From Escherichia phage BUCT632, in the sequence record PQ488502.1: a DNA stretch of 64,000 bases, one strand, 5' to 3'. Position numbers and translations under genes: made by a program. Every line of letters starts with the position of its first letter. Position 1 is the stretch's first letter. This document shows, in pieces, positions 1 to 10,136 of the stretch. The notes under the pieces are model-generated. The model was not told where the DNA came from. It was given only the letters and a program-made list of their open reading frames with translations, and did not search any database.

Positions 1-560
1 ATGCTTACTTTGCAATCTACGGTCTGGAAGCAATGCAGTTTTACGCATCCTTTGCATGTACCTTTGCATTAGCAGAGAACGATATTCTGCAAGGTATTGC
101 TAAAAACCTACAATTAATCGCTAAAGATGAAGCTCTGCACACTCAGATGTCCAAAGCAATCATCCAGATTATGTTTCAGCAATTTGACAAAGATCTGGTA
201 GATGAAGCAGTGGCTAAAGCACCAGCACAGCTCTTAAAAACTCTGAAAACTGAAATTGAATGGGGTCATTTCATTTTCAAAGGTCGTAGTCTGATTGGTT
301 TGAACGCAGAACTTCTAGAAGAGTACCTATATTTTGTGGGACGTAATGCGTTTATGCACATTGGTGTAGAATGGCCTAGTCATTTACCAGTAATCACCAA
401 AAACCCTATTCCGTGGATCATGAACTGGTTGGATACCACTTCTTTACAGCCTGCTCCACAAGAAATCCAGATTGGTGCAGCCTACCGTGTAGGTCAGGTA
501 ACTGAGACCTCTACGGATACTCTGAAAGATCTGGGCAATGAATTTGGAGATTTCTTATGA
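1..560 (+). CDS. nrdB: Ribonucleotide reductase class Ia small (beta) subunit, C-terminal part; 5' end lies outside window
   Basis: C-terminal tail NPIPWIMNWL...QPAPQEIQIG...VGQV closely resembles recalled E. coli NrdB C-terminus; ORF open to window edge. Confidence 0.8.
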   Translation, partial: AYFAIYGLEAMQFYASFACTFALAENDILQGIAKNLQLIAKDEALHTQMSKAIIQIMFQQFDKDLVDEAVAKAPAQLLKTLKTEIEWGHFIFKGRSLIGLNAELLEEYLYFVGRNAFMHIGVEWPSHLPVITKNPIPWIMNWLDTTSLQPAPQEIQIGAAYRVGQVTETSTDTLKDLGNEFGDFL

Positions 561-1090
561 TAACGGCATTATATGCAGTTGGGCCGAATGGGGAGTTCGG
601 CCTCCGAGGTAAACTCCCCTGGGGTTCCTTCAAAGAAGAACTAGATGCTTTCTACTCTCAACTGGACGTGTTGAACCCAGATAACATCATCATTGGTGCG
701 GGTACTTATTTAGCACTTCCAGAAGTTGTTCGGCAACGTATGATTGGAGAATCTGACCTCTTTATTCGTGCGGATCGTCCTCTGCCTGATGATATTAAAC
801 ATGGTATTTACACTCCAATTTCTAAGATTGGGGATACATTACCTACATTCTTAAAAGATCAACAGACAGTGGTTTTAGGTGGCGCAACATTACTGTACGA
901 AATGTATATTCATGGACATATTGAAAGTGCTTTTGTATCAACAATCTTTAGTAATCAAAAACTAGAGGCAGATGTACATCTGGATAATATGATTCTAGAT
1001 TACAACTATGAATCTACTCGTTTAGTTTACGCAACCGGCGCAAACAGTGATAACAGCCTGCGATTTGTACAGGAATTGGTTACTTATTAA
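557..1090 (+). CDS. frd: Dihydrofolate reductase
   Basis: 177 aa; N-terminal IxAxxxNGxxGxxGxLPW pattern typical of DHFR; overlaps neighbours by 1-4 nt (operon with nrdB, thyA). Confidence 0.75.
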   Translation: MITALYAVGPNGEFGLRGKLPWGSFKEELDAFYSQLDVLNPDNIIIGAGTYLALPEVVRQRMIGESDLFIRADRPLPDDIKHGIYTPISKIGDTLPTFLKDQQTVVLGGATLLYEMYIHGHIESAFVSTIFSNQKLEADVHLDNMILDYNYESTRLVYATGANSDNSLRFVQELVTY

Positions 1091-1944
1091 TGGATCAGTA
1101 TATCGAAGTTGGAAAACGTATTCTATCAGAAGGTCAGTGGGTAACGAACCCTAGAACAGGGGTTCGTTGCCTCACTATTATTGACGCAGACTTTACTTTT
1201 AACGTGGGTGCAGGGGAATTTCCACTTATTACTACTCGTAAGGCGTTTGCAAAACAAGCAATAATGGAAATGATTGGGTATCTACGTGGGTATGACTCAG
1301 CAGCACAATTCCGCGCTATTGGTGTTAACACATGGAATGCTAATGCAAATGAAAACTTAGCTTGGCTAGACAATCAATACCGTAAAGGTGAGGATGATAT
1401 GGGACGAGTCTATGGTGTTCAAGGACGTCAGTGGACTAATTCCGATGGTCTTATGTTTGACCAACTAGCCAAGATTTATCATAACCTGAAGAAGGGCATT
1501 GATGATCGTGGGGAAATTCTAACATTCTGGAATCCGGGAGAGTTCTCAAAGGGTTGCTTACGTCCATGTATGCACACTCATCAATTCTCTATTTTGGGAG
1601 ATACATTATACCTGAACTCTTTCCAGAGATCTAATGACTTCCTGTTAGGCCAAGTATTTAACATGGTTCAGTGCTATACGCTTCTAGCATTAATGGCACA
1701 GATTACAGGTCTTAAACCAGGAATTGCACGCCAGAAGATTATCAATCTTCATATCTATGAGGATCAGTATAATGTTTTGATGGAGCATAAGCAATTCGAT
1801 CGTGAACCTTTTGCGCATCCTACTCTAGAAATCAATCCAAACATCCGAACTCTGGAGGATGTATTGACCTGGGTAAGTAAGGATGATTTTACTGTTCGTG
1901 GTTACGAACACCACCCTGCTATTGCATATCCATTCACTGTGTAA
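1090..1944 (+). CDS. thyA: Thymidylate synthase
   Basis: 284 aa; ThyA-like motifs [10 protein letters not shown], active-site [20 protein letters not shown]; followed by hairpin terminator. Confidence 0.8.
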   Translation: MDQYIEVGKRILSEGQWVTNPRTGVRCLTIIDADFTFNVGAGEFPLITTRKAFAKQAIMEMIGYLRGYDSAAQFRAIGVNTWNANANENLAWLDNQYRKGEDDMGRVYGVQGRQWTNSDGLMFDQLAKIYHNLKKGIDDRGEILTFWNPGEFSKGCLRPCMHTHQFSILGDTLYLNSFQRSNDFLLGQVFNMVQCYTLLALMAQITGLKPGIARQKIINLHIYEDQYNVLMEHKQFDREPFAHPTLEINPNIRTLEDVLTWVSKDDFTVRGYEHHPAIAYPFTV

Positions 1945-1949
1945 TTTAA

Positions 1950-1975
1950 ATAGCCCTTCGGGGCTATTATATTTG
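1950..1975 (+). terminator. Hairpin terminator after thyA (TAGCCC-TTCG-GGGCTA plus T-rich tail)
   Basis: perfect 6-bp GC-rich stem with tetraloop followed by TTATATTT. Confidence 0.5.
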
Positions 1976-2043
1976 AAATTGTATTTGCTTATTAAGTACA
2001 ATTTCAAATATAATATACTCAATAAGTACAAAAGGATAATAAA

Positions 2044-2427
2044 ATGAGTAAAGAAATTGAATTAGAACAAGCCCTTCTGAGTTACTCCAATTACTTGCAG
2101 AGTGATAAAGAAACTATTACTAAGGAACAGGTATTATTAATACTAGACTCTATCACTTCTAAATTCAGGACTTTAGAAGACTACTACTCTGTAGGCAATG
2201 GAGATGAGAAGGTAGAGTTACGTCTAAATCTTCTAGAAGATATGGGTTGGGACGAGGAAGATCAATTAGGACATTTAGGTATATCTACAGAAATTCTAGA
2301 AAATACAGAGTATGAAAATATACTTGAAGTAAAGAGCAGAAGTGCTATTCGATATAATACTTATGGTACAGGTATTACAGGAATAAAAGCATTACTTAGT
2401 ATAGACATAGGATGGTTAGATGAATAA
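2044..2427 (+). CDS. Hypothetical acidic protein
   Basis: 127-aa ORF in co-directional gene array; no recognisable motif. Confidence 0.45.
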   Translation: MSKEIELEQALLSYSNYLQSDKETITKEQVLLILDSITSKFRTLEDYYSVGNGDEKVELRLNLLEDMGWDEEDQLGHLGISTEILENTEYENILEVKSRSAIRYNTYGTGITGIKALLSIDIGWLDE

Positions 2428-2968
2428 AAAGTTACCTAGCCAAGAAAGATTAAAAGAATTATTAATCTATGATCCAGATACCGGTATATTTACTAATAAG
2501 GTAAGTCGTGGTAGGGGAGGAAAAGCAGGTTCACCCGCTGGATACCTAAGAAAAGATGGCTATATAACTATTAAGATAGATAAAATAGATTATTTAGCAC
2601 ATAGACTAGCCTTTCTATACATGACAGGATCAATACCAGATTTAATAGACCACAAAAATAGGATTAGGTCAGATAATAGGTGGATAAACCTAAGAGAAGC
2701 TACAAGCCAGTCTAATAATAGAAACTGTACCGCATCGAGTAAATCTGGATATCTAGGTGTACACTGGAACAAACAATTGCAGAAATGGCAAGTACAGGTG
2801 ATTGATAATAATGGTAAAAATATTTACGGGGGTGTTTTTGACTACTTAGACCTAGAAAGTGCGGTCATAAAGGCTAATGAACTAAGAAAAACACTTCATG
2901 GTAGCGAAGCTGTTATAGAAGATTTCTATACCAACTATTACCCACCAATAGAGGAACTTAATAAGTGA
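2420..2968 (+). CDS. HNH homing endonuclease with AP2-like DNA-binding domain
   Basis: HNH motif DHKNRIRSDNRWINLREATSQSNNRN and AP2-like SGYLGVHWNKQLQKWQVQV. Confidence 0.7.
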   Translation: MNKKLPSQERLKELLIYDPDTGIFTNKVSRGRGGKAGSPAGYLRKDGYITIKIDKIDYLAHRLAFLYMTGSIPDLIDHKNRIRSDNRWINLREATSQSNNRNCTASSKSGYLGVHWNKQLQKWQVQVIDNNGKNIYGGVFDYLDLESAVIKANELRKTLHGSEAVIEDFYTNYYPPIEELNK

Positions 2969-3441
2969 GCGTTTTCCACATTTACACAGATGGTGCTTGT
3001 AAGTCTAACCCAGGTCCAGGTGCTTGGGGTTTTATTGTCTATGATGATAACGACGATCGTTTAGGTTCTAAATCTGGTTATAATCCTAAAACTACAAATA
3101 ATGAGATGGAACTCACAGCTATTGTAGAAGCTCTACGTTGGTCTGTTAAAAAAGATAATAGACCGATTGCTATCTATACTGACTCTGCTTATTGCAAAAA
3201 TGGTATGGAAAGTTGGATGTTTTCTTGGCAAAGGAAAGGTTGGAAGAAAGCAGATGGTGAAGTTCCTCTTAATCTAGAACTTTGGCAGGAAGCATTTAAA
3301 TTAACACAGCAGTATATCAACTTTCATAACACTAACCCTACCTTTATTAAGGTTAAAGGACATTCTGGTATTAGTGGTAATGAAGCTGTAGATGCCTTAT
3401 GTAATACAGTTATTACTGAAGCTGAAATGGCTGAGATGTGA
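2965..3441 (+). CDS. rnhA: Ribonuclease H
   Basis: RNase HI motifs IYTDGAC...GxGAWG, ELTAIVEAL, YTDSAY, GHSGISGNEAVDAL. Confidence 0.85.
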   Translation: MSVFHIYTDGACKSNPGPGAWGFIVYDDNDDRLGSKSGYNPKTTNNEMELTAIVEALRWSVKKDNRPIAIYTDSAYCKNGMESWMFSWQRKGWKKADGEVPLNLELWQEAFKLTQQYINFHNTNPTFIKVKGHSGISGNEAVDALCNTVITEAEMAEM

Positions 3442-3461
3442 TAAATAAACTAAAAATTTTC

Positions 3462-3490
3462 TTGCTTAAAACCCTCTAATTTAGTATAAT
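3462..3490 (+). promoter_or_regulatory. PN25-type sigma70 promoter (-35 TTGCTT, 17-nt spacer, -10 TATAAT)
   Basis: TTGCTT at 3462-3467, TATAAT at 3485-3490, AT-rich upstream element. Confidence 0.6.
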
Positions 3491-3517
3491 ATTCGTATTG
3501 AAAGTGAGGAGGGCTTT

Positions 3518-3796
3518 ATGCGAATTTATAACTCAAATTCATTAGGGTTTAAACCATTGAGAAAACGTGCACAATCACCTCGTAAAATAAGAAAGGCTAA
3601 TATTGGTGAGCCAGAAACACGTCTTCCACCTCCACCAGAACAACGTTTAGTTTACCTGGATGAAGAATTAGCTGAACGCGAAAGAAAAGCTCAAGAAGAG
3701 ATTGAGCGTAAGAAAATGTGTACTGCTCCAGCGTATAATAAAGGGGCGTATCAATATGTCTCAGATGCCGAACAAGCTAAGATGGTTGGTAGATAA
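3518..3796 (+). CDS. Hypothetical basic protein
   Basis: 92-aa ORF downstream of promoter with GAGGAGG RBS. Confidence 0.4.
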   Translation: MRIYNSNSLGFKPLRKRAQSPRKIRKANIGEPETRLPPPPEQRLVYLDEELAERERKAQEEIERKKMCTAPAYNKGAYQYVSDAEQAKMVGR

Positions 3797-3812
3797 TTTT
3801 TAAAAAATTCAT

Positions 3813-3841
3813 TTGCTAAACGCTTCAAATTCTCGTATAAT
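3813..3841 (+). promoter_or_regulatory. PN25-type sigma70 promoter
   Basis: AAAAATTCATTTGCTA -35 (3813-3818), 17-nt spacer, TATAAT 3836-3841, conserved ATAAATTGA leader. Confidence 0.65.
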
Positions 3842-3879
3842 ATACTTCATAAATTGATAAACAAAAAGGAAAATAAATA

Positions 3880-4395
3880 ATGGCTAAGCAGAAAACCGCA
3901 AAAACTCAAGCAGCTCCGGCAGTTAAAACTTTCCCGCAGACCGAGGCTAATCGCAAAGCTCGTCTGGAACGCCACCTGCGTAAGCATCCTACCGATGCTC
4001 AGGCTGCTCAAGCACTGAATAATCCGGCTCCGATTCGTCAGAAGCCTAAGGCTAAAAATGCCACACGTCAATTCTACAAAATGGTTATGTATGTAGAAAA
4101 TTACGGCCACAAATCTGTCCCAGTTTCCCTGAGCTTCAACGCTGGGGCTGAATTGTTCTCTCGTAATGGTATGTCTATGAAAGACTATGAAAAGGCAGTT
4201 AACCAGAAGCGTAAACCAACAGCAGATGTATTGCGTGATACTCGTGGACAGTTTGGCTCTGTTAAACCAAATATCTTTGGCGTAGAGTATAGTAAAGATA
4301 ATGTTCGTGCTCTGTGTTACGGTGTAGGCATTAAGTTCACGGGTGATTCTGCTCGTAAATCTGCTAAACCAGCTCGTAAGCGTAAAGCGAAGTAA
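3880..4395 (+). CDS. Hypothetical lysine/arginine-rich protein (possible nucleic-acid binding)
   Basis: 171-aa ORF with basic N- and C-termini; followed by hairpin AGGGGC-GAAA-GCCCCT at 4405-4420. Confidence 0.5.
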   Translation: MAKQKTAKTQAAPAVKTFPQTEANRKARLERHLRKHPTDAQAAQALNNPAPIRQKPKAKNATRQFYKMVMYVENYGHKSVPVSLSFNAGAELFSRNGMSMKDYEKAVNQKRKPTADVLRDTRGQFGSVKPNIFGVEYSKDNVRALCYGVGIKFTGDSARKSAKPARKRKAK

Positions 4396-4436
4396 TAGAT
4401 AAATAGGGGCGAAAGCCCCTCTTATTTGGAGAGACT

Positions 4437-4673
4437 ATGCGTAATTTTGTAGCAAAGAATGATTTTAACCGTGCTAGCACTCATAAGTCCGCTAGAGATT
4501 ACACGCGACTTTCTAGTCATGAGGTAATGGACACCTGTTATGAAGAGCTGGAAGGTAGCTGGAATGAATGGCCCGACTTCTCTATGGAAGAGAACTGGGA
4601 TGTCAGTGAGGATATGCTTCCTGGTTTTAAAGACCCCAAGAAGTGGGAGTCTATTAAAGAGACAGCTCTTTAA
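4437..4673 (+). CDS. Hypothetical acidic protein
   Basis: 78-aa ORF in gene array. Confidence 0.35.
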   Translation: MRNFVAKNDFNRASTHKSARDYTRLSSHEVMDTCYEELEGSWNEWPDFSMEENWDVSEDMLPGFKDPKKWESIKETAL

Positions 4674-4701
4674 TAGTTTTCTACACAATAAAGGATAAGT
4701 T

Positions 4702-5403
4702 ATGAAAGTAAAACCATTTGGTATGCTAGATATTGAATCTCTAGGAACTCCAGGAGATTGTGGTACTACTCATATCGCAATGCCTTCATTCGCTTTTGTA
4801 GCTATGCATGGAATTGATAAAGACCCTGGTCTAGTATTTGTTACTTTGGATGTACAAGATCAGCTTAATTCTGGTGCTAAAGTTACAGCGTCTACTCTAG
4901 CATTCTGGATGGATCAAGCTAAGCATAGCCCGTCTGCTATCCACATTATGGAAGCTATGAACGAGCGTAATCCAAAGCTGATTGCATTCCAAAACGGTAA
5001 ACATCATTGTACTAGTAAACTCGGCTCTAACTATGCTGCCTACTCTAAGGCCCAAAATATTATGGAGTTGGCTCTAGGCGATAATGCTTTGTATTATGGC
5101 AACGGCCCAGAGTTCGATATGACTATCTACTCTGCAAACACTTTCCATGCTGGAACCAATGAAGAAATAGTTCCGTGGAAATTCTGGAACTTGGGTAATG
5201 TTCGATCTCTTCGTAATCTCTGGATGCAAACTGGCTATAGTTATAAAGCTCTAGAAACCGAAGCTATTAGCTGGGCAATAGCTAAAATGGAGAAAATGGA
5301 CACTATTCGTTATGGGATCTATCCGGTTAAGCATGATCCAGCATTCGATGCCTTAGTTGAGAGCTATTGTGTTGCAGCTATGATCGAAAAAATGAAAATT
5401 TGA
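4702..5403 (+). CDS. Hypothetical protein
   Basis: 233-aa ORF with RBS AAAGGA upstream; N-terminal MLDIESLG could be a DEDD-like exonuclease motif (weak). Confidence 0.5.
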   Translation: MKVKPFGMLDIESLGTPGDCGTTHIAMPSFAFVAMHGIDKDPGLVFVTLDVQDQLNSGAKVTASTLAFWMDQAKHSPSAIHIMEAMNERNPKLIAFQNGKHHCTSKLGSNYAAYSKAQNIMELALGDNALYYGNGPEFDMTIYSANTFHAGTNEEIVPWKFWNLGNVRSLRNLWMQTGYSYKALETEAISWAIAKMEKMDTIRYGIYPVKHDPAFDALVESYCVAAMIEKMKI

Positions 5404-5404
5404 T

Positions 5405-5433
5405 TTGCTTTCGGCTCCAAAATTCTGTATAAT
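5405..5433 (+). promoter_or_regulatory. PN25-type sigma70 promoter
   Basis: TTGCTT 5405-5410, 17-nt spacer, TATAAT 5428-5433. Confidence 0.6.
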
Positions 5434-5473
5434 ATATTCATAAATTTGAGAAAACAATAAAAGGAAAACAAAT

Positions 5474-5656
5474 ATGCCAGTATCTAAAAATGTTCGTAAA
5501 AATGGTAAGAAAGCTACTCGTAATCTGGGTATCCGTCGTATGGCTGAACGTCAATCAGGTATCCAGAAAATCTTTGATCTGCTAAATCGTGCTAATCCTA
5601 AAATTGATAACAGTAACGATACTGTTCTGCGCACTCTGCTGGCAATTGGTCTGTAA
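5474..5656 (+). CDS. Hypothetical small basic protein
   Basis: 60-aa ORF directly downstream of promoter. Confidence 0.4.
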   Translation: MPVSKNVRKNGKKATRNLGIRRMAERQSGIQKIFDLLNRANPKIDNSNDTVLRTLLAIGL

Positions 5657-5709
5657 TAGACCAAATTTAAACAAATTCAAATCTCAAACTTCATATAAGG
5701 AAGCAAATA

Positions 5710-6348
5710 ATGACTACTCGTATTTCTAAAACTCGCGCTCTGGCAACTATCAAATCTCTGGAAGCTAAAATCCGTAAAGCTACTGAACAACAGCTTCTGA
5801 TCGCTGTTGGTGAAGGTAAGGATAAAAATAAGGTTGTAGTTGGCGCTGCAATCGAAGTAGATGACCTGTCTACCCGTATTAAGACTGATTTCCAATCTCT
5901 GCTGGATATGATGTCCCAGCGTGATCGTATCAAAGCTGCTCTGATTAAGAGCAATGCAGAAACAATCGTTGAGATTGGTTCTCGTAAAATGACTGTTGCG
6001 GAAGCAATTGAAGCTAAGCGTTCTATGGAGCTTAAAGCTCAACTGCTGGCTAACATGCGTAAGCAGTTCCATGCCGCTACGGTTAAGTTTAATACGCAGA
6101 AAGCACAGTTTGATGCTAAATATGAGCGTTTGCAGGATAGCATGGCTACCCGCGATAAGAAAACTTCCGAAGATGAAGTTAAAATGCAGCTCAACCTGCT
6201 GGAACTCAAGAATACTCCATTCTTGATTGATCCTCTGGAACTGGAGAAGCTGATTAAGCAGCATGACGAGGAATACCAGGACTTTGCAACAAATGTTGAC
6301 TTTGTTCTGTCCGAGTCTAACGCTTCTACCTTCATTGAAGTAGAGTAA
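5710..6348 (+). CDS. Hypothetical coiled-coil protein
   Basis: 212-aa ORF with RBS AAGGAAG; antisense ORF 5677..6390 judged spurious. Confidence 0.55.
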   Translation: MTTRISKTRALATIKSLEAKIRKATEQQLLIAVGEGKDKNKVVVGAAIEVDDLSTRIKTDFQSLLDMMSQRDRIKAALIKSNAETIVEIGSRKMTVAEAIEAKRSMELKAQLLANMRKQFHAATVKFNTQKAQFDAKYERLQDSMATRDKKTSEDEVKMQLNLLELKNTPFLIDPLELEKLIKQHDEEYQDFATNVDFVLSESNASTFIEVE

Positions 6349-6731
6349 TAATTTAAAAGCTAGTAAATCGGTAGACGAAAGCCCAAGCATCTTACCTCGC
6401 AGCAGCGGTTGAAATACGAGGTTAAATAAGACCGCTGACCATACTATAAAGTATAATCTATTGGAGATTATGTTTATTACACCAGCCTTTTAAGCTGACA
6501 CGTAAGAACAAAGCGTCGTTGATATTACCGACACAACTTCAAAGATAAACATTTAAGTATGAAAGCTGAAAAGTTTAAAGAACTCAAACTTCTAAACTTC
6601 TAAAGCTAAAAGATGCAAAGTATTCGTTGATGATTCAAACCCTAGATCAAAGGTACATGGCTCATAAGATATGGCCTGTGGCGCCTCTAGGCTGTTTATC
6701 GGTTTACTAGTTTCACAATTTAAAAATGTAT

Positions 6732-6760
6732 TTGCTAATTTACTAAGTTATCTGTATAAT
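6732..6760 (+). promoter_or_regulatory. PN25-type sigma70 promoter
   Basis: TTGCTA 6732-6737, 17-nt spacer, TATAAT 6755-6760. Confidence 0.6.
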
Positions 6761-6790
6761 ATATTTTTAAATTGATGAAACGAGGCTATT

Positions 6791-7108
6791 ATGACTTTTC
6801 ATATTTTGATTGATGATGTGCGTAATCTTCACGGAATGGACATTATCATTCGAACCCCAGAAGCCGCTGTAGAGTTTCTGAATAAAACTGATACCACAGG
6901 CCATTTCGTTTATATGGATAATGACTTGGCTGTAGATGGTATGGAAGGTTATCAAATTCTTCGTTTACTCTTAGAATTTGGGCAGAGACCAAAGAAAGTG
7001 GTACTAGTAACCTCGAACCCAGTAGCTAAGCAAAATATGCGTAATGATTTGCTTGACTTAGGGTATAAAGAAAATCCCAATCGTGTTGAATATGATTGGC
7101 AGGAGTAA
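6791..7108 (+). CDS. Hypothetical protein
   Basis: 105-aa ORF downstream of promoter. Confidence 0.45.
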   Translation: MTFHILIDDVRNLHGMDIIIRTPEAAVEFLNKTDTTGHFVYMDNDLAVDGMEGYQILRLLLEFGQRPKKVVLVTSNPVAKQNMRNDLLDLGYKENPNRVEYDWQE

Positions 7109-7113
7109 AAAGA

Positions 7114-7563
7114 ATGAAGGCAGCTTTGCTTTTAGTAGCTGCCCTTACCTTCAGCTTTAGTAGTCAGGCATCGCACGATGCAAAAGAAATAGATTGCATT
7201 GCTAAAAATATCTATTTCGAGAGTCGTGGTGAGGGCATAAAGGGAATGACGGCGATTGCACATGTTACTAAAAACCGTGTAAACTCCGGTAAATTCCCAG
7301 ATTCCTACTGTAAAGTAGTATATCAGTCTAACCAGTTCTCTTGGGTATCTAAGAGACCAAAAGTTGATAAAACCGATGAGGCTTGGCAAACAGCCAAGAA
7401 TTTAGCTAGAGTGATATACTACGTTGATTTACCACAAGATCCTACACATGGAGCACTATACTTCCATAGTGGTAAAGATAAACCTTATTGGACAAAGAAG
7501 TTTAAGAAAACAACTAAGATTAAGGGACATACGTTTTATAAACCTGTTGTCACTAAAACTTAA
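7114..7563 (+). CDS. SleB-like cell wall hydrolase domain protein with signal peptide
   Basis: N-terminal signal-like MKAALLLVAALTFSFSSQA; SleB-like stretch NIYFESRGEG...AIAHVTKNRV...YQSNQFSWV; ATG at 7114 with AGGAG RBS (track start 7096 is TTG). Confidence 0.6.
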   Translation: MKAALLLVAALTFSFSSQASHDAKEIDCIAKNIYFESRGEGIKGMTAIAHVTKNRVNSGKFPDSYCKVVYQSNQFSWVSKRPKVDKTDEAWQTAKNLARVIYYVDLPQDPTHGALYFHSGKDKPYWTKKFKKTTKIKGHTFYKPVVTKT

Positions 7564-7571
7564 AAATTTAC

Positions 7572-7600
7572 TTGCTTAAATACTTAAATTTCTGTATAAT
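7572..7600 (+). promoter_or_regulatory. PN25-type sigma70 promoter
   Basis: TTGCTT 7572-7577, 17-nt spacer, TATAAT 7595-7600. Confidence 0.6.
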
Positions 7601-7801
7601 ACTTCCATAAACTAATGAGAGGAAGCGAAATATGAAATCAGTTGTAATTATTGGTGTTAACACTCGCGGTATTCGTACTACGAAAACTGTTAAAACATCT
7701 AACGTGGCTGAAATTACTACTAACCCTAAAAAGTTTGATTTCGCCAAAGTCTCGGCAGTTATGACAGAACAATCTTTTAACCAAGCGTTAGGAATGAAAT
7801 A

Positions 7802-8245
7802 ATGGAAGAGAATATTTTAGATGTTTTGCGTAGAGCTTTGCAGGATTCTAAGTTTAATGGTTCTGATAAAGAAGTCGCTAAAAGCTACCAGACCATAATC
7901 GGGGATCTTCAGCGTATTGATAAAGATTTCATCACTTCTGAACAATTTGTGTCTTATCTCAAAGCTCAACTAAAAAGCATTAACCAGATGAAAGCTAAAC
8001 TTCATGGTCGAGATCTTGATAGCTATAGCTTACAGTCTGCTCAGTATGAATACATTCTAAATAAGTGGTTGCAGGAGTATCTGCCTCCTCAGTTATCTGA
8101 TACTGAGATTCGTAAATACTTTGCAGAATTAGTTAAGCTAAACCCTGGAATTACAAAGGGTATGCTGATGAAAGCGATTAAGGAAGAATTTCCTGGGCGT
8201 TATGATGGTGGTACTGCTGCTCAGATTGCTGGCGAATTTAATTAA
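7802..8245 (+). CDS. Hypothetical protein, possibly GatB/YqeY-domain like
   Basis: 147-aa ORF; weak resemblance to YqeY-type helical domain; assignment tentative. Confidence 0.4.
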   Translation: MEENILDVLRRALQDSKFNGSDKEVAKSYQTIIGDLQRIDKDFITSEQFVSYLKAQLKSINQMKAKLHGRDLDSYSLQSAQYEYILNKWLQEYLPPQLSDTEIRKYFAELVKLNPGITKGMLMKAIKEEFPGRYDGGTAAQIAGEFN

Positions 8246-8253
8246 AAATTCAT

Positions 8254-8282
8254 TTGCTAAATGCTTATAAATTCTGTATAAT
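8254..8282 (+). promoter_or_regulatory. PN25-type sigma70 promoter driving an ORF-free transcript
   Basis: TTGCTA 8254-8259, 17-nt spacer, TATAAT 8277-8282; no ORF for about 790 nt downstream. Confidence 0.6.
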
Positions 8283-8289
8283 ATATTCA

Positions 8290-9079
8290 TAAATTAGGGA
8301 ACAGCGAGCCGATTACGCTGAGTGCAGAATCCCAACCGGAGCGCATTGAATAGAGTCGGTGGGTTAGTTGTAAAACTAGTACACAGGGGGCGGCAATCCC
8401 GGTTAGTGGCTAGAACGTGTAAAATGAGGCGTCTGAAACCTCTCCCCTAAACTCTTCTCTAATTTATAAATAGTGGGGTGTGGAAATCACTTATGTAGTA
8501 ACACTGCCGTCCTAGTATAATTGGTATTATCAAGCCGTAACTGGTGGAAGATGTAGGTTCGAATCCTACGGTCGGTAAGAACTGGATAACTGATGCTTTT
8601 AACGTAAAAGCTTCCGAGGTTAGTTGCGCACTGCCTAAACCACGCGGTAGTTGGTTCCAGACTAACCAACCAGTCTGCTGAATAGTTTTATTACGATTTA
8701 ACTATGTCCAGGCTAAAGAAGAACTTTAGAAGGTATTCTAGGATAGTGAAGTTCTTTCTCCATATCGGAGTAGTTTTTCAAGCTATCCACAAAGTGGGAA
8801 ATGCTGACATGAGAGATGTCACTAATGGTGCACAATAGCACAGGTAATTCGCGATAACTCCTGTTGAGTAGCAGCAAAAGGCGGGAAGTCATGACCCCAA
8901 GCCTAACCGAGTCCTCAATATACCGCAGGATATAACCACTAAGTCACCCTGACTTAAACTGGAAAATAATAGACGTTACCGTATTTTGTCTTGAAATACT
9001 TAATGAGTGAGACTTATGACTCTCCCGGTATCGTCTGTATTTTTAAGAGTTTTTACGAGAGTTCTTAAAAATACTTAAA
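8290..9079 (+). ncRNA. Promoter-driven ORF-free region; candidate structured non-coding RNA(s) or degenerate tRNA
   Basis: no plus-strand ORF of 60 aa or more; T-arm-like hairpin GTAGG-TTCGAAT-CCTAC at 8553-8569 with acceptor-like pairing 8506-8512/8570-8576 but no anticodon arm; several local hairpins. Confidence 0.3.
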
Positions 9080-9154
9080 CGGGGTGTAGTCTAAGGGAGA
9101 GGCAGGAGTCTTCTAAATTCCTTTATGCAGGTTCGAATCCTGTCACCTCGGCCA
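9080..9154 (+). tRNA. tRNA-Arg (anticodon UCU)
   Basis: acceptor CGGGGTG/CACCTCG, D-stem GTCT/AGGC, anticodon arm GGAGT-CTTCTAA-ATTCC, T-arm GCAGG-TTCGAAT-CCTGT, encoded CCA. Confidence 0.7.
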
Positions 9155-9188
9155 ATTTTATTAACTGTAACTAAAACAAAGGAAACAT

Positions 9189-10136
9189 ATGTTTAATACT
9201 AAAAATATGAAAGAACTGACTTCTGAGCAGAAAGTAATTCGTACTATTAAACGTTGGGGTATTGGTGCTGTAGTTGGTTTAGCAGGCTTGATTCTAGCTT
9301 TTAATTCATATACTATTGTTTCTGATGGTACGGTTAAAACCCAAACATTCCTGGGTAAAGTAGATCCTAATCCAGTATTGCCTGGTTTCCATCTTGTAAA
9401 TCCGTTTGCATCTTTCGATACTTTTAGTACAAAAGATATTGCTGTAAAATTAGATAAACTTCAGGTTCCTAGCCAGGATAAGTTTAAATCCACTGTTGAC
9501 CTGACTGTTATGTTGCAGTTTGATGGTTCTAAGGCACCGATTAACCGTATTAACGCAGGTACTCAGGATCAGGCACTAGACAAGTATGTAACTGAAAAAT
9601 TATTGTCTACTATTCGTGAGTTTGGTAAGTCTGTACCTAAAGCACAAGATTTGTTTGATGCTAAAATTCAGGCTCAATTACAAACTGCAATTCAACAGGA
9701 AGTTGAAGAGTATGCACGCCCATATGGTTACACAGTTAAGCAGGTGTTCCTTCAGGATATTACTCTGCCACCAGTAATCATGGAGCAGGTACAGAATACC
9801 AAAGTTCGTGAAGAGCAAGTTAATGCTGCGAAAGCTGAACTGGCTCGTGTTGAACAGGAAGCACAGCAGAAGGTTAAACAAGCAGAAGCAGATCGTGAAG
9901 CTCGTAATAACCAAGCTATTGCTAATGAACGTGACGCAGATGCTAAACTGTATGCAGCTAAGAAAGAAGCTGAAGCTAACGCCGCACTGCAACGTACCAT
10001 TACTCCTGAGATGATTCGTTGGAAACAACTGGAAGTTGAAATGATTCGTGCTCAGAAATATCAAGGTGGTGTACCGCAGACTGTGGTTGGCACTGGCTAT
10101 GATGGCCAAATGATTATGGATATGCGTAATAAATAA
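9189..10136 (+). CDS. SPFH/band-7 (prohibitin/HflK-like) membrane protein
   Basis: N-terminal TM segment, SPFH-like core and C-terminal Ala/Glu/Gln-rich coiled coil. Confidence 0.7.
   Translation: MFNTKNMKELTSEQKVIRTIKRWGIGAVVGLAGLILAFNSYTIVSDGTVKTQTFLGKVDPNPVLPGFHLVNPFASFDTFSTKDIAVKLDKLQVPSQDKFKSTVDLTVMLQFDGSKAPINRINAGTQDQALDKYVTEKLLSTIREFGKSVPKAQDLFDAKIQAQLQTAIQQEVEEYARPYGYTVKQVFLQDITLPPVIMEQVQNTKVREEQVNAAKAELARVEQEAQQKVKQAEADREARNNQAIANERDADAKLYAAKKEAEANAALQRTITPEMIRWKQLEVEMIRAQKYQGGVPQTVVGTGYDGQMIMDMRNK

Noticed and set aside
5677-6390. 237-aa minus-strand ORF antisense to gene 5710..6348
   Set aside because: Fully overlaps a better-supported plus-strand gene with promoter and RBS; low-complexity Leu/Ser/Phe-rich translation.
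8553-8577. T-arm hairpin GTAGG-TTCGAAT-CCTAC considered as the 3' end of a canonical tRNA
   Set aside because: No anticodon arm can be formed and no CCA follows; kept only as part of a candidate ncRNA region.
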